A DNA stretch of 39,021 nucleotides from Psammoneis japonica (Eukaryota). Location: positions 1-39,021 of the forward strand of contig QPGO01000594.1 of assembly GCA_008632985.1 (NCBI GenBank), read 5' to 3'. The notes under the pieces were generated by a model, which saw only the letters and a program-made list of their open reading frames with translations, was not told the DNA's origin and did no database searches. The position numbers were made by a program, and so were the translations under genes. Shown one piece after another: positions 12,570 through 24,995 of this stretch; position 1 is the stretch's first letter; every line of letters begins with the position of its first letter.

Positions 12570-15245
12570 TGTGCACAATCACATCTGGCACACATCAACC
12601 ACCTTTGTGTGCATGTTGGTCAGGAGGGGTGCAGAGGTGCACTTGCAGGGATTCAATGGGGTCCCTGTGTGCAAGTTCATGGCACAGTGTCTGCCCTTGG
12701 GCAGATCAAAACATGATTGCAGGCACACACTGTCAAAGCCATGTGCGCCCATGGTGTTTGTTGGGCTGTTCTCAACTTGAGAAGTCACAAATTCCCTGAA
12801 CCAGAGCTGGAAATGCTGTTTGCAGTGTCGAGGTTCCTTCATTGCAAAACAGTGTGTGTGGACTGCAAGAGTGTCAGAAATTCCTTTGTTTTGTGAGCAA
12901 ACATTCAACACAGCAGTGTTCTTGATTGTGGCATGCTTGCACATCAACTTGGGTGTCATCTTGTGCAGCACATGGTGTGGAGCAGCCCGAGTTTGCTCCT
13001 TGATGGTCTGCATGCTCTGCTCAACTTCAGGCACATGGCCTTTCATGTTTGTGGAAATCAGCTCCAGATTTACACCATCAGCAACTTCTGTCAGAATTTC
13101 TTTGAACTTGAGATCACACTCAAAAAAGTCAATCTTGAGTGGGGTGTGTTGCGCTGTTGGAGAATCATGTCCCGTGCTTTGCACATGTCACTGTGCTTTT
13201 TGGACCTCTGCCTCACACTAAATTGGTGCTTGATTGTCTTGTCTGTCATGCACAGCAGCTTGACCCCACATGTTTCCACAGTGTCAATGCAGAAGATCAT
13301 GCCTTTTCTCTGCTTCTCACACATCTCAGGTGGTGTAGCTGCAATGTCACTCCTCTCATGAGAATGATGTGGTGAGTGCTTGGCCTTGCCTTTGTCACAT
13401 CTGTTGGCAGACCCCAAATGGCCACCTTCCTGTCCACATCTTGAAGTGCAATGGACAAGTTCTTCACCTGGTCAGATTGTAAAAACAGCTTGAAATCCCT
13501 CACATTGGGTGCCCCAGCTTTGCAGCACAGTCTGAGTGCTTGCTCAGCACTTGGTGCCTCTCTCTTGGTGCATCTTGTTTTTTCACAGCATGCTCACATG
13601 TGTCTCACTTTCTTGGAGATCTTTTGCATGGTCAAAGAACCACTGGCTCAGTGCAAAGACACAGGGGCTGATGATGTTCACTTTGAATGCTGTGACCTGC
13701 TTGCCAGTCTTCTTGTTCAGCAGTTGGAGTCAATCCACCACTCAGTTGTCAAGAGCAATGCAGCACTTGTTCTTTGCATCCTTTAAACTCAGGATGTTTG
13801 CAGTTGTGTTCTGTGATCCAAACTTCATGTCTCCTTCTTGTCCAAGGCATTCACTCTTGCACTGGTGGACAGGTCAACCTTGACCTTTGCTGGATGCATG
13901 TCATGCACCAGCCTCTGGCTTGCTGTCACGCTGAGGGTGAAGCCATTGTCAAGGATGAGTTCATCCAACTTGACACCCACATCGGCTTGGCTCAGTGTTG
14001 GAGCTTTTTGGTCTCACCATCTCTCTAAACTTGCCATGTGGCTTGCAGCCACATTGCCATCAACCACTGTCACCATGTTGATTGGGTGCAGAAGCCATGA
14101 AGTGAGCACAAGACCTGCAACTCAACCTGAGTTGCAAATGCAAACTTGCCACATTGTTCACAATCATCAGTGTGTCTTGCACTGCAACTTTGTCTGTCTG
14201 TCCTGTGAAAACCACCTCTGACCCCAATGTTCCAACACACTCCTTCACACAAGCCCCATCAATTGATTGGCCTTGTGCACACGAAGCACAGGAGGATGAC
14301 ACTTAGAAACCATGCCACCCAACACCCCATCAGCTGTTCCATTGATTCCCATGGTCCACACATGATCTGACTCTGCTGACAAATTGTTGTTGTCAGAGCA
14401 ATCCCCTCTCACATGCCCAACCTTGTTGCACTTCCAGCATGCAATCTTCTTCTTGTTTTCTGTGCAGAACTTGTGCTTTCAGGTTTCTTGTTGGCCCCAC
14501 AGGTGTCCAACACCTGTGGCACCTCCTTGGCTGATTTAGAGGACAAATGTCCACCCCAAATGTGAGCTGCTGACGCAGGTCTTTCAAAACATGCCAGTGC
14601 TCCTTGGCACCTTCCATTGGCACCACTGCTGATGACTTGTTCCTTTCTTTGTTCCGGGTGTGTCATCAGCATTTTTGCAAAACCCATCTTCTTTCTTGGC
14701 AATTTGTTCTGGAACAATCCTGCCATGGAACATTTCCATCATTTCAACCATGCTCACAAACCAGCTGCAACAACATTGAAGTGCCTCTCCTTCATCTTGA
14801 CAAATGCGTGCCCCAACTGCTTCCAAGCCTTGACCACCTGGGCATGCAGGTTCATCTTCTCATTTGCACCAAACAAGATCAATTGGAGAACATCCAGCAG
14901 TGCTGCCATTGCCCACTCCTTTGCGACTCTTGCCAGCTCCATCATTCCTTTGAGCTTGTGATGAATGGCCTCTGCACATTGCCCCACAATTGTTTTAAAT
15001 GCCTTCAGCATCTGCGTCTTGTAGATCACATTCTGTTTTACATGGTGGTCACATTCCTTGCCCCACATGGCCTTGTCCTTCTCCAATGTGGCAACTTCTG
15101 GCAGATGCACTGGCTCTGTTGGCATGCTCTCCTGCCTTGGAGATGCCAGCACCTGCAACTCTGGCCTGAACATTCTTTTCTGACATGCTCGCCAATCTTT
15201 CTCATGGAAAACTGTCCACCTGTTGTCCAGACTTGGCAATGCACC
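12570..15245 (-). mobile_element. Ty1/Copia-like retrotransposon remnant: gag with CCHC knuckle, protease, gag-pre-integrase, integrase; RT/RH absent
   Basis: Zinc knuckle CWKCNKVGHVRGDC (~14398-14440); protease-like LILDNGFTLS (~13930-13960); AGAPNVRDFKLFLQSDQVKN...DVDRKVAIWG; integrase HVPEVEQSMQTIKEQTRAA and SPTNTMGAHGFDSVCLQ...GRHCAMNLHTG. Order gag-PR-IN is Copia-type. Confidence 0.85.
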
Positions 15246-15249
15246 ACAA

Positions 15250-15830
15250 GCTGCCTGCCAACCTGAAATCTGCCAACAACAATGGCACACCCCTGTTGCA
15301 GTCCACTCTGTCCCAAGTGAGACATTCGCTGAGTTGCTTTGACTGTCAAAGCAAAAGACTGGTTTCCTCATTGTGAGGCCATCTCTTGGCTTTGTTCATC
15401 TCCACTTTTGATTGTGCATGACAGTTGGAAATGCAAAAGGCCATGACAACATGGCTTGTCACTGCAACTCCCATTCCAGCAACATCTCTCAGATGAACAG
15501 TGACTGTGACATGCCACAGCATTTTGGTGACAACCCCTCATTTGCTTGCAATTTGGTGGAACAAGAGAGTGTCCAGGGGACAGTGGAGGCTGCCATGGTG
15601 GCCATGGAGGAAAGGCATCATGGCAAGGCAACTGCTGCTTGCAAATGGTGCAAGGACATTTCTCAGCACTTGGCTCATCCTGTGTTTCAGGACATCCCTC
15701 ACAGTGGAGGAAAGCATGGCATTTTTGGCATGCTCCCCTGGGAACTGTTGCATGCCTTGCACTTGGCTTTTTGCAAGTGTCTGCTTCAACAATGCAGGAA
15801 ACTTGAACAGACAACAGGGAGAAGGGGGGG
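15250..15830 (+). mobile_element. Plavaka-like DNA transposase fragment (decayed)
   Basis: VGNAKGHDNMACHCNSH...SDCDMP...DNPSFAC...FQDIPHSGGKHGIFGMLPWELLHALHLAFCKCL resembles the IGDxKGHDxLCGxY / CxxCD / FGGxxxGIFGAxPxExLH core I associate with Plavaka-type transposases. Not verified by HMM. Confidence 0.55.
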
Positions 15831-16295
15831 TCATTGATGCTTGAGAGGCATGGAGAGAGACCAGTCAGCAGTTTGACGAGTCATCTGTCTAAAATGCCTT
15901 GCAGAACATGCAGAGTTTGCACTGAAACCTGTGTGGAAACCTTGCATGTGAGAACAAAAAAATGCCAAGAAGAGTGCCGAGCAAATGAACCAAGAGGGCT
16001 GGATGCCAATTGTTTTCCACTGCATGAGATTGCCAATGATTGTAGAACAAAGGCATGTTGACAAAAGAGCACATCTGAACAGGCAGGTGAGAACCATCAC
16101 CACACCATCAGAGAAAGGCAACATCAGCACCAGAGCTTGTGCAGAAAAACATGCAGAGGGTGCGGCCGTGAAGCTGAGGCAGAATTGTGCAATCATCCAA
16201 AAACAGCAGAGCACTGCAATGAAACTGCATTTTTTGAAGACAGCCACGTGCACTTCATTCAAATCAACCAAAAGTGGAGTTAGAAAAACCAATTG

Positions 16296-16665
16296 TGCAG
16301 CGTGCAACTGTTGTGTGCATGTTTGTGATCACACATTGTTTGTGCGTCAATCGCACCACAGTCGCGGATGCACACGAAGGACAGAATGATCACACAGAGT
16401 TCATCGGAAGTCAAAAATTGCAAATGCAATTGACAGACAATGTCGACATCTCATGTGTCAATGGCAATCACATCCGGACAATCTGTTGTCATGAACAACT
16501 TTTTTTTGAAAGGCCTTTTAGTCTGTGGGACCAGCACAAGAGCTTTGGGCCATTGAGAACTCATTGGGAAAAACCAAAAATCACAGAGCAAAACTCAATC
16601 TCACAATTTCCACTTTTTGCACTTTGCCCCACTTTTGTTTGTGCTTGTTCTTTGGGCATGGTGCA
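16296..16665 (+). mobile_element. Solo LTR of the Gypsy family found at 24629-29025
   Basis: Full-length TG...CA match to the 367-bp LTR; flanks ATTG/GTTG look like a degenerate 4-bp TSD. Confidence 0.9.
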
Positions 16666-16739
16666 GTTGTTGTGGATGACACAAAGTTGGACAAGACACT
16701 TGAAGTTTTGCAAAAAAATATTGTGGTTGTCCATTGGCA

Positions 16740-17603
16740 GTGATGCCAACACACCATCTGAGGATGAAATTGGCCATTTGGACTTGGATGAGTGCTCCTG
16801 ACAGGAGGCCTTGGATGAACTGTTTGAATTGACAGAGAAAAGAGTGGTCAAAATGGATGGGAAGGAGTGGTCTGCAAAGAGTGGGAAGGCCCCCAAAACT
16901 CCAAGGAAATGCCAAGTGCATTTTGGCAACTGGGGCAATCCAAGGTTGAGTGTTCCCATTCCACACACTCCAAGAAATGCAGACATGGCTTGGCATGGCT
17001 CTGTCAAGCTCATCCAAAAGCATTTGGAAAATGAGGACAAGGAGATGGAAGAGCAAACAAGGTGCATCATTGATCGCTTGGGCAAGGCAGCGCCAAACAC
17101 ATTCTGCGAGGCTTGGTCCATTCACAAAGAGTGGCTTCATTGAGTGGCAAAAGAGTTGGCCAATGGCAACAAAATGTTGTGCTCAATGGAGGATGAGCAC
17201 CTGCACACAACCCTTGCTGGCATTCATGTGGACACACACAATGCATCCATGCATTGGAGGGGATTGCCAGACTTTCATTGCAACCCAACCGGCAACACAG
17301 ACATTGCCCTCCTTGTGTGTGCTCCAGTCAAGAAAGGTGTGTTGAAACCAATCTTGGTGTTGCAACATGCCAAAACCCATGACTTTTTTCAATGTGGGAT
17401 CCTTTTGTCATGGAGCAATTCATGTGGGGATGCACCTCACTCATTTGAACAGTTTGTTCTTCCGTGCAAGTGAGCCAAACAAATTGCTCAGGCCCAAGCC
17501 AAAGTGGGTTGGCAATCACAGCAAGAATGGACAACATCTGTTCCTTGCTTGGCACACAAAGCAAAACTTGCCGATGGTGGATGCAACGGATGAGGTGCAC
17601 TGA
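16740..17603 (+). pseudogene. Candidate TET/JBP-like 2OG-Fe(II) dioxygenase, decayed (copy A, 30-bp deletion)
   Basis: PRKCQVHFGNWG ... HTTLAGIHVDTHN (HxD) ... FFNVGSFCHGA (distal His) ... GQHLFLAWHTK, with one TGA and one frameshift. The N-terminal part probably extends to ~15850 across the solo LTR. Confidence 0.45.
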
Positions 17604-20600
17604 AAACACAACATGGAACCTTGTTTGTTCATGATGAAGATTGGCAACGGGTGCAATCAAATTTGAAAGAACAGAAATGAGTGCAATGACCTGAGCAGTG
17701 ATGGTTCCAACAAGGATTGGACATGTCTGCACAAAAGGTCAGACAGAATGGAACCAGTTCATGACTGCAGTGAGGCATCCAAAATTTGGCAACTTCAGGA
17801 AAGGTGACAACTGCAATGACAATGCACACAAGGAGCTGCTTTTGCAGACAACAGACAGGGTTGACACAGTTGGAGCATTCCAAAAAGGACACAACTGAGA
17901 CACATCAAACTCCAGCAGATCCAGTGGCCTCATCAAACATGTCATCATTGTCTGCCATGGAATGCTCCAGCTCCTTGGTTGCACGTCACTTGTTTCCATT
18001 CAGTTGCACCTCATTGTCCAGCTTGGAGGGTGGGAAAATGACTTGCTCTGCTGGGAAAAGGTTGCTGTGGTCTGTTCCCTTGGTGCGTGACAGAAAATCA
18101 AGAGTTGGTCCAACCAGGACATCCATTGCAACAGCAGCCAAATCTGCATTTGTGGGGCAAAAGCTGGCTGATTTGATCTTTCAAAAAATTGTTCCACACT
18201 CCCTGTTTTGCAAAGCCCCAGATGTTTCATTTGGCACATTTGTGGGAACAACAGCGCACCAGGCACATTCTTCAATGTCTGAAGAATGCACCTGGCTGAG
18301 TGAGAAATGACTTGCTTCAATCATGAACAAGTTTGTGCGTTCGCAAAATTGCCTCTTTTTCTGTTGGCGATCATTGACATTTTCATTGCCTGACAATTTT
18401 GCTGCGGAGCTTGCACGCAGAATTGCGCGGGCCCAATGTCACATGGATTCCCACCTGCATCTGGAGCATTTCGGACAAAGAGCCTTGACATCGCAGAGGG
18501 CCAGTCCTGGAGAGCCTTGCCTGGGCTGCCCAGCAGGACGAACTTGGCAACCTCCACCATGACCTCCACCATGGCTGCCAGCACCACTGGCGCGACTCGC
18601 ATTGTTGGGGCCAGCAACTTGTTGGCTTGGCTTCTTCCATTTTTTGGGCGGCATGGTTGATGACAGCACAAAATGGAAAAAGGGGTTGATTTAAGTCCTG
18701 GAAATGGGAGTGCAAAGGCAGAAGTGTGCGAAATTTCCAATCTTGACAAGGGCACTTCAATGTCACAAAATCAAACTTGTTGAAAAAATGTGGGATGTCA
18801 ATGACTGAATGATTCATCAAGGTTTTCAAATCATTCAAACCATTGCATTGTGGCAAAAAGATTGAATTTTAAAATGAAATTGTTGCTGAAAAAGAGATGC
18901 TGGTGGGAATCAACTGATGGTGATGCTCACAGTTTGGCCAAAACACGAGTTGTCCCTCCCTCACAAGACACAGAAAATGCAAACTCAAGTTGCAAGCAAT
19001 GCATGAAAATGAGAGTGGCAGTGACAAGTGGCAGCATTGTGGATGGGACAGAATGAAATGCAGGACACAAGGTGAGAAAGAGGAAACAAGTGGCTGGTGC
19101 ATGGAGATCAGGTGCACAACGCAAACAACGGACACTTGTGCACATCTTTGCACACAGAAATCTGCACAGCAACCTGACATGATGCAAAGGAAGATTGGCA
19201 ATGGGGAAGGGCACAAAGGCGAGCCAAAGCAATGCATGAGACAAGATTGCAGGAAACACAAGACACACGCAAAAACTGATCATTGGCACAAAGGTTTGTC
19301 CAGTCGCAGGCAATGCTTTGCCCAACCAAACAGAAGGAACCTGAGATTGATCATTCATCAGCGGCCGCAACACAGTGGTGTTCACTTCCCTTCATCTAGT
19401 TTGTGCCAATTGACGTTGTGTGAGTTTGTCTTTTTTTTTACTCAAGAACAAGCATGTGAGGTGAGAAATTGGGCTTCATTGGAAAACCTCTGCTGCTGTG
19501 ATTTTTTGCACATTCATCACCAACATTCATCCAGTCCATCAAGTTGTGCATGTTTGCACACAAACATCAGAGCCACACTCACCACTCTCAAGGCTGCAGC
19601 ATTCAGATGGGGTGAGATGTGGCTCAACCCCAGAGCCATGATTGCAAACATTTTCAGCTTTGCTGCTGTGCAACGGTGTGACCATGATTCTCACCTGCCC
19701 ACTCCAACTGCTTCTCTCTTTGACACACACTCATTTCATCAAAAGTGAGTGGCATTGAGCCCTTTTGGCTTGTTTGCTCATCATCCTTCTTGGCATTTTT
19801 CTTCCTTGTGTGCAAAATTTCCACACAAGTTTCAGCACAATCTCCACACATTCCGAAAGTCAACTTGCCAAACTGTTGACTGCTCTCCATCCATGCCTCT
19901 CAGGTGTCAGTGACCCAAATTCTGTCCATTGTCAATTTAAGTTCCATGCTTCACATGGTGAACAACCTTCTGTTGTTGTTGCTCTTCAAAGTTTTGTCAT
20001 CCATTTGCTTCTCCCATTGGCTTTTCCTTGCAAGATCTGGCACTGTTTCTGTGTGACACCACTGACAATCTGTGTGTCACTTCTCTGGACTGCTTTTGTC
20101 CTTGCCAATTGGCCCCCAATGCTGCTTCTTTTCTCTGCTGTTCAATCAAATCCTTCACTCTTTGGGGTGAATGTGCTGCTTCTGTTGTGGCCTTTCCAGC
20201 AAGAATGCAAGTCATCCTGTGGCATCATTTGATTGTCATCCTGTTTGCTGCTCCCATCAGCTTTTCTGCACAAGACCTGGCACTGTTTCAACATGCAACA
20301 AATGTTTTTGCCATGACCTGCTTGTCTCACCTTCACGGCTTCTTTTGCAAACTCTTTTGGCAACCTGTCCAAATGCAATTGTCCTTTGCAGCTGTGGTGT
20401 GCATTCTGTGGCTGTCATCAGCAAGCACACAATGAATTCCTCATGTGAGTCATTCCTTTTCAGTTGTTTTGGTGGGGTGTCACCTTCTGGTGGTGCCCAT
20501 TCTGGCCAATCCCATGCAAGCTCCTGCTGCACTGAAGCAGTGCACTGGGAGTGTGGGTCAGCTGGCACCGGCGTGGCTGGCAATGGAGTGACTGCACTTG

Positions 20601-21344
20601 CAATTCAGATTTCTTTTTTTTGGTGCACTGGGGGTGTGGGTCACTTGTTGTCAGAGTTGCAGGATGGAAGCACAGCAGCAGTTTAAATGCAGATTTTGGG
20701 TTTTGCTTTGCTTTGACTGATGCAAGCAGCACAGAGCAGTGTGACTGCCTTGAAGTGCAGATCAGGAAGAGCAGTGTGCAACCCCATGAATGACATGTTG
20801 TGATGTGGCACTTGCTTCACTGTCAATGGAAAGACAGCAAGCAAACCCCTCAACAAGAAGCTTGTGTGCCTCAGGTTGGCAGCAGCAGCAAAGCACATGC
20901 CCCATTCATTCCATCCAATGAGCGGCTCTGACAAAGGCAAGATGCCCGAGTTGTCACTCAGCTGTGCTGAGGCAAAGCAAGGAAGACAAATCAGATGTTG
21001 GCAAAAAGGAACCTCTTCTCCAGTCTCCTGGGATCAGCTGGTCAGGAATTCACTCAAAGTGATGCAGAGATGTTTGTCCAAGCACTGGTCAAAACAAAGA
21101 GAAGAGAGGCAGAGTTGGGTGCAATGCAAACTGACATCTCCAAGAGAGCTGCTTTTGCTGCCAGTTTGTGTCTTGAAACAACAAAAAAAAAATGACAAAA
21201 GACAGAAAAAGAAAGTTCTGTGGTTGCATCAACTCTGTCAATGCCAGCAGCAACAAAGGGAAAAGCAAAAAATGTCTTTGTTCACCCATGGTGTGACCCA
21301 TGTTGTGCCAGTTGCATCATGACAAATGGCTTGTGCACAATCAC

Positions 21345-24060
21345 ATCTGGCACACATCAACCACCTTTGTGTGCATGTTGGTCAGGAGGGGTGCAGAGGT
21401 GCACTTGCAGGGGATTCAATGGGGTCCCTGTGTGCAAGTTCATGGTGCAGTGTCTGCCCTTGGGCAGATCAAAACATGGTTGCAGGCACACACTGTCAAA
21501 GCCATGTGCACCCATGGTGTTTGTTGGGCTGTTCTCAACTTGAGAAATCACAAATTCCCTGAACCAGAGCTGGAAATGCTGTTTGCAGTGTCGAGGTTCC
21601 TTCATTGCAAAACAGTGTGCGTGGACTGCAAGAGTGTCAGAAATTCTTTTGTTTTGTGAGCAAACATTCAACACAGCAGTGTTCTTGATTGTGGCATGCT
21701 TGCACATCAACTTGGGTGTCATCTTGTGCAGCACATGGTGTGGAGCAGCCCGAGTTTGCTCCTTGATGGTCTGCATGCTCTGCTCAACTTCAGGCACATG
21801 GCCTTTCATGTTTGTGGAAATCAGCTCTAGATTTGCACCATCAGCAACTTCTGTCAGAATTTCTTTGAACTTGAGATCACACTCAAAAAAGTCAATCTTG
21901 AGTGGGGTGTGTTGCGCTGTTGGAGAATCATGTCCCGTGCTTTGCACATGTCACTGTGCTTTTTGGACCTCTGCCTCTCACTAAATTGGTGCTTGATTGT
22001 CTTGTCCGTCATGCACAGCAGCTTGACCCCACATGTTTCCACAGTGTCAATGCAGAAGATCATGCCTTTTCTCTGCTTCTCACACATCTCAGGTGGTGTG
22101 AATGCAATGTCATTCCTCTCATGAGAATGATGTGGTGAGTGCTTGGCCTTGCCTTTGTCACATCTGTTGACAGACCCCAAATGGCCACCATCCTGTCCAC
22201 ATCTTGAAGTGCAATGGACAAGTTTTTCACCTGGTCAGATTGTAAAAACAGCTTGAAATCCCTCACATTGGGTGCTCCAGCTTTGCAGCACAGTCTGAGT
22301 GCTTGCTCAGCACTTGGTGCCTCTCTCTTGGTGCATCTTGTTTTTTCACAGCATGCTCACATGTGCCTCACTTTCTTGGAGATCTTTTGCATGGTCAAAG
22401 AACCACTGGCTCAGTGCAAAGACACAGGGGCTGATGTTGTTCACTTTGAATGCTGTGACCTGCTTGCCAGTCTTCTTGTTCAGCAGTTGGAGTCAATCCA
22501 CCACTCAGCTGTCATGAGCAATGCAGCACTTGTTCTTTGCATCCTTTAAACTCAGGATGTTTGCAGTTGTGTTCTGTGATCCCAACTTCATGTCTCCTCA
22601 TCCAGTCATGGTGGCGTGGTGCTTGTCCAAGGCATTCACTCTCACACCAGTGGACAGGTCAACCTTGACCTTTGCTGGATGCATGTCATGCACCAGTCTC
22701 TGGCTTGCTGCCACGCTGAGGGTGAAGCCATTGTCAAGGATGAGTTCATCCAACTTGACACCCACATCAGCTTGGCTCAGTGTTGGAGCTTTTTGGTCTC
22801 ACCATCTCTCTAAACTTGCCATGTGGCTTGCAGCCACAAGGGAGAGAACAGAAAAAAGGAGCAGCAACAGGGGAGCAAGGGATGCAGCAGTGGCAGAGGG
22901 CAGCACCGGGGAGCAAAGGCGCCAAGGGCACAGCCCTTGCAGCCCGCCACAGTGCCCCAGAGGGCAGAGACTGCTGCTGCAGCTTGGTCGCACTGTGTTG
23001 GTGAGAACAGGAGCAAGCCAGCAAGCTGAGAGAGAGGGAGAAGAGGGTGATGGTTGCTCATCACATGTGCTGGCCACCGCAGCAGAAGGGCAGGAGCAAA
23101 AACATCAAGAGCAAGAAGAAAGCTGGGAAAGAGGAAAAGAGGGGCAAGGAGCGCCAGCCCCTGGCTTGCAAGAGGCCAAAGCAGCAGAGATTGTTGAGGG
23201 TTGAAAAAGGGAGAGCAAGAGAAACAGCAAAAAAAGGGCAAGACAACACAAAAGAGGAAAGAGGGAGAGCACCGGGGCAAAAGAGAGGGGGAGCAGAGGC
23301 ACTGGACATGAGAAAGCCGGGCAGATGTGGGCCAAAAAAATCAAAGAAAACAAGGGACAAGCAAAAAGAAGCTGGCTGGCAGCTTTGCATGAACACAGCA
23401 GCAGCCACAGCAGTGCTGCAGCATGGTGCATGCCGCAGCAGCACTGGCGGCACACCTGACTTGAGAGTGTGGCTGTCAAGCACGTGCAGTGAGCTGGCAA
23501 CAGCCCGCAGTGCCAGCAGCAGAGAGCGGAGAAAGCAACCCAGACAGAGCTCAAGGAAGAGAAGGAAAGAAAGGCCATCAACCACTGTCACCATGTTGAT
23601 TGGGTGCAGAAGCCAAAAAGTGAGCACAAGACCTGCAACTCAACCTGAGTTGCAAATGCAAACTTGCCACATTGTTCACAATCATCAGTGTGTCTTGCAC
23701 TGCAACTTTGTCTGTCTGTCCTGTGAAAAACCACCTCTGACCCCAATGTTCCAACACACTCCTTCACACAAGCCATCAATTGATTGGCCTTGTGCACATG
23801 AAGCACAGGAAGACGACACTTAGAAACCATGCCACCCAACACCCCATCAGCTGTTCCATTGATTCCCATGGTCCACACATGATCTGACTCTGCTGACAAA
23901 TTGTTGTTGTCAGAGCAATCCCCTCTCACATGCCCAACCTTGTCGCACTTCCAGCATGCAATCTTCTTCTTGTTTTCTGTGCAGAACTTGTGCGTGTCCA
24001 ACACCTGTGGCACCTCCTTGGCTGATTTAGAGGACAAATGTCCACCCCAAATGTGAGCTG
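21345..24060 (-). mobile_element. Second copy of the Copia-like remnant (interrupted)
   Basis: Same motifs, including CWKCDKVGHVRGDC in ORF 23588-24037 and integrase ORF 21357-21947. Confidence 0.85.
22839..23574. repeat. Purine-rich (G/A-skewed) complex repeat inserted in the Copia remnant
   Basis: Absent from copy 1 at ~14052. Shares blocks with 24062-24628, e.g. GCCAGCAGCAGAGAGCGGAGAA...GAAGAGAAGGAAAGA and GCAAGCCAGCAAGCTGAGA.AGAGGGAGA. Confidence 0.75.
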
Positions 24061-24061
24061 C

Positions 24062-24628
24062 CAGCAGCAGAGAGCGGAGAACTCAACCCAGGCAGAGCTC
24101 AAAGAAGAGAAGGAAAGAGAGAGGTTGAGAGGCAGAGGGTGGACAAACAGAAAGAGTCAAGAGCGCCAGCACCAGCACAGCAACAGGGGGGGGCGACAAA
24201 TGAGCAAAGGACAGGCAAGCGAAGAGAGCCAAGAGCCCCGGCACCAGCGCAAGGGAGAGAGGGGCCAGACAAAGCCAAGGAGAGCAGGGGGGCAGGCAGC
24301 GGCGAAGCCAGAAAAAGCAGGGCGAGACAAGAAGGGGCTGGCCAGCAGTGGCTTTGCATCAATGATGCAGCAGCAGCCACAGCAGCACAAGCCAGCAGAG
24401 GGCAGCAAAAGCGCCAAGAGCGCAGCCTTTGCAGCCCCCCTGGGGGCAGGTTGAAAGGGAGAGAAGGAGGGCGGGCATGCAAGCAGGAAAAGAGAAGGGT
24501 TGAACAAGATCAAAGAGGAAGAGAGGAGACAGGGGCAAAAGCAAGGCTGTGAAGAATGAGCAGCAAGCCAGCAAGCTGAGAAAGAGGGAGAGAAGAGGGT
24601 GGTGGTCACCCACAGCGCTGCGGCGCAG
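24062..24628. repeat. Second purine-rich repeat block, target of the Gypsy insertion (probably resumes at 29026-29085)
   Basis: Permuted homology to 22839-23574; strongly T-poor top strand. Confidence 0.7.
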
Positions 24629-24995
24629 TGCAGCATGCGACTGTTATATGCACATTCATAATTACACATTATTTATATGTCAATCGTACCACAGTCGTGG
24701 ATGCGTACGAAGGACAGAACGATCACACAGAGTTGATCGGATGTCGAAAATTACAAATACGATCGATTGACGATGTTGACATCTTACGTGTCAATGGCAA
24801 TCGTATCCGGACAATCTGTTGTCACAAATATATTCTCCGAAAGGCCTTTTGTCTGTAGAAGCAGTGCAGAAGCTTTAGGCCATTGAGAACTCGTTCGGAG
24901 AAACCAAAAATCACAGAGCAAAATTCAATCTCATAATTTCCACTTTTCGTACACTATTCTACTTTCGTTTACACTCGTTCTTCGAGCATAGTGCA
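24629..24995 (+). repeat. 5' LTR (367 bp), TpA largely retained
   Basis: Hand alignment to 28658-29025; contains 23 TpA. Confidence 0.95.

Larger units (their letters stand above)
10681..19442 (+). repeat. Segmental repeat unit, copy 1 (8762 bp)
   Basis: CAAGAACAAGCATGTGAGGTGAGAAATTGGGC recurs at 10681, 19443 and 36925. Near-identical ORFs recur at offset 8762-8763 (11003/19765, 12820/21583). Confidence 0.95.
19443..24061 (+). repeat. Segmental repeat unit, copy 2 (truncated, interrupted at 22839-23574)
   Basis: Collinear with 10681-14570 apart from the purine-rich insert and small indels. Confidence 0.93.

Noticed and set aside
22521..24669. Long Lys/Arg/Glu/Gln-rich ORFs (e.g. 23047-23823, 258 aa)
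   Set aside because: They arise from a T-poor purine-rich repeat lacking stops, and they cross insertion junctions.
24629..24995. Classical RIP (CpA->TpA) acting on the 5' LTR
   Set aside because: The pair alone allows this reading, but Tyr->Cys/His in conserved TE motifs, region-wide TpA absence and CA-versus-TG differences among LTR copies indicate TpA is ancestral.
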